The notes under the pieces were generated by a model. That model was given only the letters and a program-made list of their open reading frames with translations, ran no database searches and had not been told where the DNA came from. Position numbers and translations under genes: made by a program. From assembly GCA_041651455.1 (NCBI GenBank), contig JBAZJG010000006.1:25409-89408 (forward strand): a DNA stretch of 64,000 nt, written 5' to 3'. This document shows, piece by piece, positions 39,540-47,541 of this stretch. The DNA is from Candidatus Omnitrophota bacterium (GTDB lineage: Bacteria > Omnitrophota > Gorgyraeia > Pluralincolimonadales > Pluralincolimonadaceae). Numbering within the stretch: the stretch's first letter is position 1; each line of letters starts with the position of its first letter.

Positions 39540-40324
39540 TGCCTCTCCGCTTTCTCAAGAACATCGGCCCTTCCGCCTTCAAGGGCGGCCGAATAAAACT
39601 CCTTATCGCCCGGCAAAAAGGCCGAAAAACGCGGCGTATGATCGATCTCGACCGTCGCGCGCCCTGCCGTCCGGAAGTCCAGCAGGTGCCCTCCCGTATT
39701 CCTTCCCTCCGTGATAAAATGCATATGGTATCCCGGAAGGTTGAATCCACCGGCATAACCGGGGCACCTGAAACCCACGACGGTTCCTTTTATATCCTTT
39801 AACTCAAATACCGTCTGTCCTTTTACCGCCTCAGATAACGGGACATACGGCTTCTTCTGCGGCGGGACGCTTCTCATTTTCACATAATCGAAACGGCCTT
39901 CGATCTTTACGGCATAGAATATATTCTTCGTAGGCAGGAGCGTATCGATGTATTCCTGGAGCTGCTTCATATCCATCGGCTTGTCGAGGGAAACGAGCTT
40001 GTCTATCTCGAAGAATGTCACCACTGAGAACGGGGTCTTCGCGGTATCGGGAACGGGATAAGCGAGCCCGTCGGACTTCACCTGGAAGAATTCGCCGTCT
40101 ATCGCCACCATCTCCCCGTCGAGGGCGTTGAACGTCCCTATGCCGAAATCCCCGTGTTTCTTCAGCTCACTAAAAGTCGTTTCGCCGTCGTAGATGCCTC
40201 CGGAGAGTGCGTTGAGAGTGGAGACCTGGAAGAGGACGTCCTTCTCTCCGCCTGAGCCCGAACAACCCGCCGCCGCGACGCAAACGGCGGCTATCGCCGA
40301 TAACAGGAACGGTATTTTATTCAT
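39536..40324 (-). CDS. alsD: Alpha-acetolactate decarboxylase with lipoprotein signal peptide
   Basis: 262 aa. Lipobox AAGC. Core FQVSTLNALSGGIYDGETTFSELKKHGDFGIGTFNALDGEMVAIDGEFFQ matches ALDC signature regions. Confidence 0.75.
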   Translation of the reverse strand: MNKIPFLLSAIAAVCVAAAGCSGSGGEKDVLFQVSTLNALSGGIYDGETTFSELKKHGDFGIGTFNALDGEMVAIDGEFFQVKSDGLAYPVPDTAKTPFSVVTFFEIDKLVSLDKPMDMKQLQEYIDTLLPTKNIFYAVKIEGRFDYVKMRSVPPQKKPYVPLSEAVKGQTVFELKDIKGTVVGFRCPGYAGGFNLPGYHMHFITEGRNTGGHLLDFRTAGRATVEIDHTPRFSAFLPGDKEFYSAALEGGRADVLEKAERQ

Positions 40325-40629
40325 GCGATCAGTTCGAACGCCTTCGTGACTTCCATGCCGGCGGTTATCCCGAGTTCCGCGGCCTTCTTATTCACTTTCG
40401 ATATCCTGCGGTTAGGGAAACGTTCGAGCGTGCCTATAGGGTTGTCCGGCGTGCTCTCGACCATCGCCGCGGCCGCGTTGAACCTGTCTATCGCCTCGAG
40501 GTCGAAGACGCCGCAGACGAGGAAACCCTTCTTCCCGGTCACCATCAATATGCTGAACCCCGGCCATTTGACCTGGACCCCTTCCACAAGGCCGTTCTTC
40601 GTCTCGTATGACCTGGTTACCGTTTCCAT
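40321..40629 (-). CDS. Small conserved protein, possibly DUF1805/YunC-like
   Basis: 102 aa. Family recalled from memory, not verified. Overlaps both neighbouring genes. Confidence 0.3.
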   Translation of the reverse strand: METVTRSYETKNGLVEGVQVKWPGFSILMVTGKKGFLVCGVFDLEAIDRFNAAAAMVESTPDNPIGTLERFPNRRISKVNKKAAELGITAGMEVTKAFELIA

Positions 40630-41096
40630 CTTGACGATACCTCCTTCTCATGCTCGTGGCGGTGTTTCGCGTCCATCGAGATTATCAAGGTCCGTATACC
40701 CTCGCTCTCCGATACCCATTTGAGCCCGAGTATAAGCGCCGCTACCAGGAACTGCGCGAAATATTTCGGCGCGGTGAACGACAGCGTGAACGCCATTATC
40801 GTGGCGGCAAGCCAGATATAACTCTGCATCCTCTTCTTCCCCGTATCCATCTTCGCAAGGCCTTTCGCTTTTTCCCTTAATTTTACCGGCGTATCCGCGA
40901 GCCCGCCTCCCGCGAGCATGCTTTCGGCCGTATGCGCCGCCCTGATATTCTCAAGGCATGCCGCGCAGGACGAAGCGTGCTCTTCAAGGCGGTCCTTCTC
41001 CCACGGGGCCATTGCGCCGGCTATATACCTGGCCAGCACCGCCTCATCTGGGCATGTTTCCTTTGCTTCGCGAAGGCTGCCTATGCTCTTTTCCAT
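40617..41096 (-). CDS. Zinc-binding anti-sigma factor (HxxxCxxC) with one TM helix
   Basis: 159 aa. ZAS motif HASSCAAC preceded by a Cys (CPDEAV). TM segment YIWLAATIMAFTLSF. Immediately downstream of the ECF sigma gene, 2-nt gap. Confidence 0.6.
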   Translation of the reverse strand: MEKSIGSLREAKETCPDEAVLARYIAGAMAPWEKDRLEEHASSCAACLENIRAAHTAESMLAGGGLADTPVKLREKAKGLAKMDTGKKRMQSYIWLAATIMAFTLSFTAPKYFAQFLVAALILGLKWVSESEGIRTLIISMDAKHRHEHEKEVSSRWKR

Positions 41097-41097
41097 A

Positions 41098-41721
41098 TTA
41101 TAGTAGACGCTTCTTTTCGAGTTTTTCTTTCAGGTTCTTTTTCGCCCGCGCGACCGTCGTGGAGACCGTGTTTACCGGGAGCTCCAGGGCTGCGGCTATC
41201 TCCGCATGCTTCATCCCGTGCAGCAGGCTCATCCCGGCAACCATCCTCTCCTTCGGATTGAGCCCTTCTATCGCCGAAGCCAGTTCCGCCCGGGCCTCGT
41301 TCAGCTGCGCCTGCCTGTCCGGGCCGTCCGCGCCGGAAGGCAGGACCTCCTCGAGCGTCCTCCCGTCATCGTCTTTGCATATCTGTTCATATAAAGACAC
41401 GGAAGACGGAGGGCTCTGCCTCCTCGCCCTCCTGAAATATTCTATGGCCGCGTTGCCCGCAACCATCGCGAGCCATCCCGCGACCTTACCGGGGTCCCTG
41501 AGCTGGCTTAACTTGCCGCCTGCCCATAAAGCGACAAAGACATCCTGGTGGATGTCGTTGATGTCTTCCTCGCTATGATCATATCCGTAACGCCTGAGCC
41601 GGTCGCGTATGGCCCAGTAGACCACCTTCGAATACCTTTCGACGAACGCATCCCACGACTTCCTGTCCTTGTTTATGCAACCGAGCACAAGCTCTTCGGG
41701 ATGATCGTTACGGTCCATCAC
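41098..41721 (-). CDS. ECF (sigma-70 family, group 4) RNA polymerase sigma factor
   Basis: 207 aa. Region 2 (DINDIHQDVFVALW, VAGWLAMVAGNAAIEYFRRARR) and region 4 HTH (MSLLHGMKHAEIAAALELPVNTVSTTVARAKKNLKEKL). Confidence 0.8.
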   Translation of the reverse strand: MMDRNDHPEELVLGCINKDRKSWDAFVERYSKVVYWAIRDRLRRYGYDHSEEDINDIHQDVFVALWAGGKLSQLRDPGKVAGWLAMVAGNAAIEYFRRARRQSPPSSVSLYEQICKDDDGRTLEEVLPSGADGPDRQAQLNEARAELASAIEGLNPKERMVAGMSLLHGMKHAEIAAALELPVNTVSTTVARAKKNLKEKLEKKRLL

Positions 41722-42332
41722 TCTTTCGGCATTATCTTTTCTTCGAAGGCCTTGGCCGTCACCGGCATCGTATCCCTGAATATCTTGAGCAGGGCCTTCG
41801 CATATTCGCGTATCTCCGGCTGTGCCCCCTTATCGAGGCGCAGCTTCAGGAAGTTCATCAGGGAACGCGCATTGACGGTCCAGTAATAAAGGGTGTATAT
41901 GGAAAGCGGCAGTACGCCGCGCGCCTGTTCGCGTTTTATCCCTGACGATACCATCGATTCATAGGCGTCGAAAGCGTCGTTTATCGACTTCTTGTATTTC
42001 AGGAGCGCTTCTCCCGACAGGCTCCCGGGCGTGTAGAAATCCCTTTTCGCGAGGCAATAGCGCAGCGACATCTCGTTATACGTGCCGATGCGGTGGCGTA
42101 TCCACTGGCGCGCGACGAAAATCGGGCATTTGACGTCGAAACGAAAATAGGCATGCTCGAAAGGCGTGCCGTGGTCTTTTATTATCAGGTGCCTTATCAG
42201 CTTAGCATCCGCATCTGCACCTTGCGGCTCGCTCATGTAGCAGCGGCGCGCGCTTTCTATGACGGCCTTGTCCCCGCCCATCGAATCGACGAGCGCGACG
42301 TAACCGTTATCGAGGACTTTTATCTGCTGCAT
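41718..42332 (-). CDS. thyX: FAD-dependent thymidylate synthase ThyX
   Basis: 204 aa. ThyX signature RHR...S (ARQWIRHRIGTYNEMSLRY). Overlaps the sigma factor start (ATGA). Confidence 0.85.
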   Translation of the reverse strand: MQQIKVLDNGYVALVDSMGGDKAVIESARRCYMSEPQGADADAKLIRHLIIKDHGTPFEHAYFRFDVKCPIFVARQWIRHRIGTYNEMSLRYCLAKRDFYTPGSLSGEALLKYKKSINDAFDAYESMVSSGIKREQARGVLPLSIYTLYYWTVNARSLMNFLKLRLDKGAQPEIREYAKALLKIFRDTMPVTAKAFEEKIMPKE

Positions 42333-42468
42333 CTTTCTTGGCTTTTTCTTTCTTCTCGTAGCATTCGGGGCAGTTATACATCGGCTTCGCCAGCGTCCTG
42401 TCGTAGCCGGCAGCCACGACGACCCTCTTTACTTCAGGGACTTCACGTCCGCAGGTATCGCATTTCAT
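42307..42468 (-). CDS. Unannotated small zinc-ribbon protein (53 aa, two CxxC pairs)
   Basis: Minus strand: ATG at 42468-42466, 7 nt after GGAGGAG. Encodes MKCDTCGREVPEVKRVVVAAGYDRTLAKPMYNCPECYEKKEKAKKDAADKSPR, stop TAA at 42309-42307. Overlaps the thyX start (42332) by about 25 nt in another frame. Too short for the ORF track. Confidence 0.5.
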   Translation of the reverse strand: MKCDTCGREVPEVKRVVVAAGYDRTLAKPMYNCPECYEKKEKAKKDAADKSPR

Positions 42469-42489
42469 CTGTTCTCCTCCGGTTTGATG

Positions 42490-42518
42490 ATTCTATCAAT
42501 ATGCGGCGCCTTTTTCAA
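42490..42518 (-). promoter_or_regulatory. Near-consensus sigma70 promoter for the zinc-ribbon/thyX/ECF-sigma operon
   Basis: Minus strand reads TTGAAA (42518-42513), 17-nt spacer, TAGAAT (42495-42490), then GGAGGAG and ATG at 42468. Confidence 0.55.
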
Positions 42519-42521
42519 CCG

Positions 42522-43349
42522 CTATTTAGGCCGGCGCGCGACAAAAGCCAGGAATACCGCTATTACTATTAACCCTATTATGACCATCATGACCGACGAG
42601 AAAGACAGCGCCAAGGCCGGGGCGGGTGCAGCGAAGACCGCTATGCCCCATTCGCTCGGGTCGGCGTAAACATTCTTCGTCCCGTACCAGGTAAACTGCA
42701 GTTCCCTCTTGTGCGTATCGGCGTCGTCCACCGAGATATCGAAATCTATCTTCCTGCCTACTTCGGGTTTGAACCCGCCGAGGGCCTTGAAGGGTATCTT
42801 CGACTCGATTATGTAGCCCTTGTCCCACCTTACCGAGGCGACCTCTATGCCGCCGACATAATCATCCCGGCGCCATACCCATTCTCCCGCCTTGATATCC
42901 TTTTCGTTGCCGGGGCTTATGCCGATCTGGTAGTCCTTCTTCCCGAAGAACATCCTCTTCGGGTCGGCCTTATCGTCGAGCCCGAGCATTATCTCTAACG
43001 CGTCGCCGTCCCAGATGTCCGGGCCCTCCTTGCTGTTGTCGAAAGGCACGTCATCGGTGACCTTAGCCGCCACATACAGAGCGTCGTCATCCCATAGCAT
43101 GTAGATATCGGCGCTGAGGTCTTCCTTGCCGGACCATACGTTATACATGAGTATTTCGTAGGATTGTTTGTCCATCCTTATGGTATAACCGGGGTATTTG
43201 CTAAGGTCGCAGTCGACCTTTACCGGTTTTGAGGCCTTATGGATGCGGACTTCGGGTTTCGGTAACGGCTTATCCTGCGCCTGGCACTGCTGGGGGGGAA
43301 CGGAAAATAAAAAAAGGGCTGCTGCCGCGAGCGGTAATAGCTTTTTCAT
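42522..43349 (-). CDS. CBM9-like carbohydrate-binding domain protein with signal peptide and C-terminal TM anchor
   Basis: 275 aa. CBM9-like core (DIYMLWDDDALYVAAKVTDDVPFDNSKEGPDIWDGDALEIMLGLD). C-terminal hydrophobic helix plus RRPK. Confidence 0.55.
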   Translation of the reverse strand: MKKLLPLAAAALFLFSVPPQQCQAQDKPLPKPEVRIHKASKPVKVDCDLSKYPGYTIRMDKQSYEILMYNVWSGKEDLSADIYMLWDDDALYVAAKVTDDVPFDNSKEGPDIWDGDALEIMLGLDDKADPKRMFFGKKDYQIGISPGNEKDIKAGEWVWRRDDYVGGIEVASVRWDKGYIIESKIPFKALGGFKPEVGRKIDFDISVDDADTHKRELQFTWYGTKNVYADPSEWGIAVFAAPAPALALSFSSVMMVIIGLIVIAVFLAFVARRPK

Positions 43350-43367
43350 CTGGACCTCCGGGATTTT

Positions 43368-45722
43368 CTATATTCTACCAGAAATCCTCTGGGGAATCCA
43401 GTGGGGATGTGCCTCGTCAAGCGGCTCACCGTTCACGAGGACCTTACCTTTCGAGACCCTGATATCATATTCCTTCCCGCGGAAGGAACGCTTCATCGCG
43501 AACCCGTCCCATGAAGAAGGGAGCCGCGGGTCCACCGTCAGGCCGTCGAGCGTCGCCCGGACACCGAGTATCCAGTCGGTAAAAGCACGGAACATCCACG
43601 CGGACGTCCCGGTAAGCCACGAATGGCTCCCGCGCCCGAATTGCGGGTGGTCGGGCCCGAAGAGGAACTGGCTGTAGACATACGGCTCGACCCTGTAGGT
43701 CTCCGCGCCCGCCCTTTTCGCGGCGACCGCAGGTAGCAGCTTGTGGTAATAGTCGAACGCCCTGTCCGCGCGGCCGAGCATCGCCTCGGCGATCACCGCC
43801 CAGGTATTAGCATGGCAGAATATCGCGCCGTTCTCCTTTATGCCCGCCGGATAGTTTATCAGGGAGCCGATATCGTCCGGGCCGCTCGTATAGGAGGGCC
43901 AGCATATCCTGATGCCGAGGTCCGTATCGAGGTACTTCTTGACGGCATCCATGCATCTGATGCCGCGCGCGCGGTCCGCAACACCGCTTAGCACCGCCCA
44001 GCTCTGCGTATTTATATGTATCTTCCCCTCCTCGCATTCCTTCGAGCCGACGGGCCGCCCGTCGTCGGTAAAAGCCCGTATATACCATTCGCCGTCCCAG
44101 GAGGTCTCGTTTATCCGTTTCTTCATGCCGTTGTATATCTTCGTGAAGTTTTTCGCGTCCCCGGTCTTCTCCATCTCTCCGGCAAGTTCGGCCATCTGCT
44201 TCGCGACATAGCAAAGGAACATCGCGACCCATACCGATTCGCCCCTGCCTTTCCTGTCTATGTCGTTAAGGCAGTCGTTCCAGTCCGCGTAGAACATCCT
44301 CGGCAGGCCGTGCGGCCCGCAATTCGCGAGCGTATAATTCACCGCGCGGACCATATGTTCGTATATCGTCCCGTCCGTCCCCTCGATATATGGCGACTTG
44401 TCCTCGAGTATGGAGTAATCGCCGGTCTCGCAGATATACGAGTATACGGCCGGGATGATCCAGAGATGGTCGTCGGAATATTTCTTCGGTTCGCCGGTCC
44501 CGACCGTCGGGTAGAAGAGATGGTACGCGTGCCCGTCCGCGTACATGTTCTTCGCGAGCAGTTTTATCTTCTCCTTCACCTGCGGCGCTATCGCGTGGAC
44601 GACGCCGAGAGTGTCCTGGCTCGTGTCCCTGAAGCCGATGCCGCGGCCGGTGCCGGTGTTGTACATGAGCGACGCGTAACGCGACCAGTCGAACGTGGTC
44701 CTCGACTGGTACTGGTTCCATATATTTATGTTCGCGTTGACCACGGGGTCCGGCGTCTCGACCCTCAGTTTCGACGTATATTCTTCCCAGTACCCTTTGA
44801 CGCGCTCCAGCTCATGCGCGACATGGCTCTCGTCCGAGTATTTCCGCAATATCCTGTCCGGGGTCAGCTTGTTCTCATACGCGTCGACGCCGAGGACGAC
44901 CGTTACCGCCTTCCGCTCCCCGGGCTTGAGCTCAAGGCGCGCCGAGAGCGCGCCGATAACATTCCCGCCGGTGACCTTTGAACCTTTGTGCCTGCCGGAC
45001 TTCATCGCTTCCGGGTTCGTCTCGCTGCGGTACCTGCCGATGAATGCCTCCCTCTCGCAGTCGTAGCCGCGTATCTCGAGGTTCGTGACCGCGAAGTACG
45101 CGCGCGAGAAGTTGCGCTTGAAGTACCCCTTCTTCTTATTGTAGAAGGAATAGTATATCGCCTTGTCGCGGCTGTCGTATTCGGCGACCGAGAAATAGTG
45201 GAGGTTCGGGTGGAACATGAACTCTTCCGACGCGTCGAAGAGCGCAAACTCCACGTAAGGCGTAACCGTTATAGACCGCGCCCGCTTGCCGGCGTTCGTT
45301 ACCTCCACGGACCATACTTCGAGGTTGTCGTCCAGCGGCACGAAATACGTGACCTCGCTGGTTATCTTTTCGTTCTCGGAGGATATCTTAGTATACCCGA
45401 GCCCGTGCCTGCACTCCCATGCGTCCGGAGCCCTGCAGACGGGCTGCCACCCGGAGGACCAGTATTCTCCCGTATCATCGTCCCTAAGGTATACGTACCT
45501 GCCGGGCCTGTCGAGGGGCACGTTGTTGTACCTGTACCTGGTTATGCGCTGGTACTTCGGGTCTTCGAAAAAACTGTATCCGCCGCCTGTCTGCGATATA
45601 AGCGCCGCATACCTGCCGTTGCAGAGGTAATTTATCCACGGCGTAGGGGTATCGAACCTGTTTATTATGAACTCCTTCCTGTCCCTCGAAAAACCGCCGT
45701 AATCCATATCGATGCCTTTCAT
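43368..45722 (-). CDS. Glycoside hydrolase family 94 (cellobiose/cellodextrin-type phosphorylase, formerly GT36)
   Basis: 784 aa. N-terminal beta-sandwich, (alpha/alpha)6 barrel, size and motif layout typical of GH94 (WINYLCNGRYAALISQTGGGYSF, YHLFYP, FCHANTWAV). Likely true start at the second ATG (45707). Confidence 0.7.
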   Translation of the reverse strand: MKGIDMDYGGFSRDRKEFIINRFDTPTPWINYLCNGRYAALISQTGGGYSFFEDPKYQRITRYRYNNVPLDRPGRYVYLRDDDTGEYWSSGWQPVCRAPDAWECRHGLGYTKISSENEKITSEVTYFVPLDDNLEVWSVEVTNAGKRARSITVTPYVEFALFDASEEFMFHPNLHYFSVAEYDSRDKAIYYSFYNKKKGYFKRNFSRAYFAVTNLEIRGYDCEREAFIGRYRSETNPEAMKSGRHKGSKVTGGNVIGALSARLELKPGERKAVTVVLGVDAYENKLTPDRILRKYSDESHVAHELERVKGYWEEYTSKLRVETPDPVVNANINIWNQYQSRTTFDWSRYASLMYNTGTGRGIGFRDTSQDTLGVVHAIAPQVKEKIKLLAKNMYADGHAYHLFYPTVGTGEPKKYSDDHLWIIPAVYSYICETGDYSILEDKSPYIEGTDGTIYEHMVRAVNYTLANCGPHGLPRMFYADWNDCLNDIDRKGRGESVWVAMFLCYVAKQMAELAGEMEKTGDAKNFTKIYNGMKKRINETSWDGEWYIRAFTDDGRPVGSKECEEGKIHINTQSWAVLSGVADRARGIRCMDAVKKYLDTDLGIRICWPSYTSGPDDIGSLINYPAGIKENGAIFCHANTWAVIAEAMLGRADRAFDYYHKLLPAVAAKRAGAETYRVEPYVYSQFLFGPDHPQFGRGSHSWLTGTSAWMFRAFTDWILGVRATLDGLTVDPRLPSSWDGFAMKRSFRGKEYDIRVSKGKVLVNGEPLDEAHPHWIPQRISGRI

Positions 45723-45726
45723 ATAT

Positions 45727-45739
45727 ACTGGTTGTATAC
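45727..45739. promoter_or_regulatory. Operator-like inverted repeat TGGT-N5-ACCA (site A) upstream of GH94
   Basis: actgg tt gtatacca at 45725-45739. Lies 3-20 nt upstream of the GH94 start codons and 25 nt downstream of the stop of the GntR/LacI-type regulator. Confidence 0.45.
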
Positions 45740-45763
45740 CATAGTTATCAAAAAAAATAACCT

Positions 45764-46903
45764 TTATTTCGGTTTCGCGCTCGATCCCCTTACAACGAGG
45801 TCGACGGGTATAACTTCTTTCGTCGCGATATTTATCCGCCCCTCGATCCTGTCTATTAGCTTCTTCAGCGCTATCGAGCCCATCTCCTCCTTCGGCACGT
45901 TAACGGTGGTCAGCGGGGGCGTAGAGAGCGCGGCCCATTCTATATTGTCGAAACCGACGATAGATATGTCGCGCGGTATCGAAAGGCCGCTCTTTTCGCG
46001 TATGGCTTTCATCGCGCCCATGGCCGCCTCGTCGTTGATCGCGAAGACCGCGGTAGGGAGAGGGTTCTTCTTCAATATCTTCTCCATCGCCTTATACCCT
46101 TCCTCGACCATGTAATAGCCTTCTATGACGAGGTTGTCGTCGTATTTGATCCCGGCCTCCTGGAGGGCCGCCTTATAACCCTCGAGCCTGCCTATCGACG
46201 CGGGCTGGTCCTGCAGCGGGGCGCGTATCATCGCGATACGTTTGTGGCCGAGGTCGGTAAGGTGCTTCACGGCCAGGTATCCGCCGTTCCTGTTGTCGGG
46301 TATGACCGAATCTATCGCGGGCTTCGAGATCTCGTTATCTACGAGGACGAGCGGGAATTTCTTGTCGTAGAGGCTCAGGACCGTCGTGCGGTCGAGCCCC
46401 CCTATGACGATGATGCCGTCTACGTTGTTCTCCATCGCCCATCTCGCGATATCGCGCTCATCCTTGACCGAGGTCACGAAATTGAACGAGAGCGTGCATC
46501 CCATCCTCAGGGCTTCCTTCTGCATCATCGAGAATATGCCGACGTAGTAAGGGCTCAATATGGGAGATTGCGAGGTCGGGTTGAGGCGCCTCAGGATACA
46601 CGCGACGTTCTTGCGCCTCGACTGGCGCTTCATCGATGAAAAGGCATGGGCTTTCTGCAGTCCTTCCGCGTCCGAGACGAACGTCCCGGTGCCGGGTACG
46701 GAATACAGAAAGCCCTCCCTTATCAATTGCGCGATGCCGCGCCTTAATGTGATGCGGTTGATCCCGTGCTCCTTGCTCAGGATGCGTTCCGAAGGTATCG
46801 GTTCCCCGGGCTTGAACTGGCCGGCCTGGACCTGCTTGCGCAGTATATCGGCGAATTGCTGGTAGAAGAACTTTCCGCTCGACTTGTCCACCTTCGGGCT
46901 CAC
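45764..46903 (-). CDS. Transcriptional regulator with GntR-type wHTH N-terminus and LacI/PBP-type sugar-binding C-terminal domain
   Basis: 379 aa. GntR HTH (FYQQFADILRKQVQAGQFKPGEPIPSERILSKEHGINRITLRRGIAQLIREGFLYSVPGTGTFV), then a periplasmic-binding-protein-like type 1 fold (DGIIVIGG, LVLVDN, IGFDNIEWAA). Confidence 0.75.
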   Translation of the reverse strand: MSPKVDKSSGKFFYQQFADILRKQVQAGQFKPGEPIPSERILSKEHGINRITLRRGIAQLIREGFLYSVPGTGTFVSDAEGLQKAHAFSSMKRQSRRKNVACILRRLNPTSQSPILSPYYVGIFSMMQKEALRMGCTLSFNFVTSVKDERDIARWAMENNVDGIIVIGGLDRTTVLSLYDKKFPLVLVDNEISKPAIDSVIPDNRNGGYLAVKHLTDLGHKRIAMIRAPLQDQPASIGRLEGYKAALQEAGIKYDDNLVIEGYYMVEEGYKAMEKILKKNPLPTAVFAINDEAAMGAMKAIREKSGLSIPRDISIVGFDNIEWAALSTPPLTTVNVPKEEMGSIALKKLIDRIEGRINIATKEVIPVDLVVRGSSAKPK

Positions 46904-46915
46904 GGGACCCTCCTG

Positions 46916-47539
46916 TTATTTGATATCGACGACCTTAAGCTCGTCGATATGTATCGTGACGGATTTCTTGCCCTTGTTATATGCCGGGCCGACCGCGAAC
47001 TTGATCTCTTTAAGCTCGGCCGGGTTGAAATCTATGCCGGTAACCATCTTGCTGTTGTTCGCGTCCCAGTACTGCCCCTTCTTGGGATAGGCGGTGAACG
47101 GTATGACCACCTTCTGCCACTCCTTGGTAGTCCTGACGAAGTTCGGGGTAGCCATGACACCTATCTCCGTCTTGTTGCCGTCGCTGTCGTCCGCGTCTAT
47201 GAGTATGACCTCGAAGTTCTCCCCGCCTTCCGCACCTTTCACCCAGAACTCTATGCCGGGTTTCTTATACTGTGTAAGGTCCGCGAGCGGATAATGCCCC
47301 ACCGCCGCGCCGGACCACTGCGTGCAGTCAAGCGTCGCCGTAAGGCAGGCGTCTCCCGACTTTGCGCCGGACTTGTTGATCTCGAACTCCGTGCCTCCTC
47401 CGTATACGTATTTATACTGGCCGTTCGATTCGTCTATCACGTCGATGTAATAATCTACCGTCTCGGCCTGCGCAAGCCTCGCTGCGCCTACAAGCGCCAA
47501 ACCGCACAAGAACATTACCGCAAACACCCTCTTTCCCAT
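46916..47539 (-). CDS. Secreted beta-sandwich (CBM-like) protein
   Basis: Track ORF starts at TTG 47584. ATG at 47539 (MGKRVFAVMF..., after AAAGGGGG) gives a signal peptide. The C-terminal module resembles the PEP-CTERM protein and the four tandem paralogs. Confidence 0.45.
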   Translation of the reverse strand: MGKRVFAVMFLCGLALVGAARLAQAETVDYYIDVIDESNGQYKYVYGGGTEFEINKSGAKSGDACLTATLDCTQWSGAAVGHYPLADLTQYKKPGIEFWVKGAEGGENFEVILIDADDSDGNKTEIGVMATPNFVRTTKEWQKVVIPFTAYPKKGQYWDANNSKMVTGIDFNPAELKEIKFAVGPAYNKGKKSVTIHIDELKVVDIK

Positions 47540-47541
47540 CT

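Noticed and set aside
45764-46903. Considered calling the regulator a plain LacI-family repressor
   Set aside because: The N-terminal HTH is GntR-type (winged helix, FYQQFADILR...GTFV), not the LacI HTH. Kept as a GntR-HTH/PBP hybrid.
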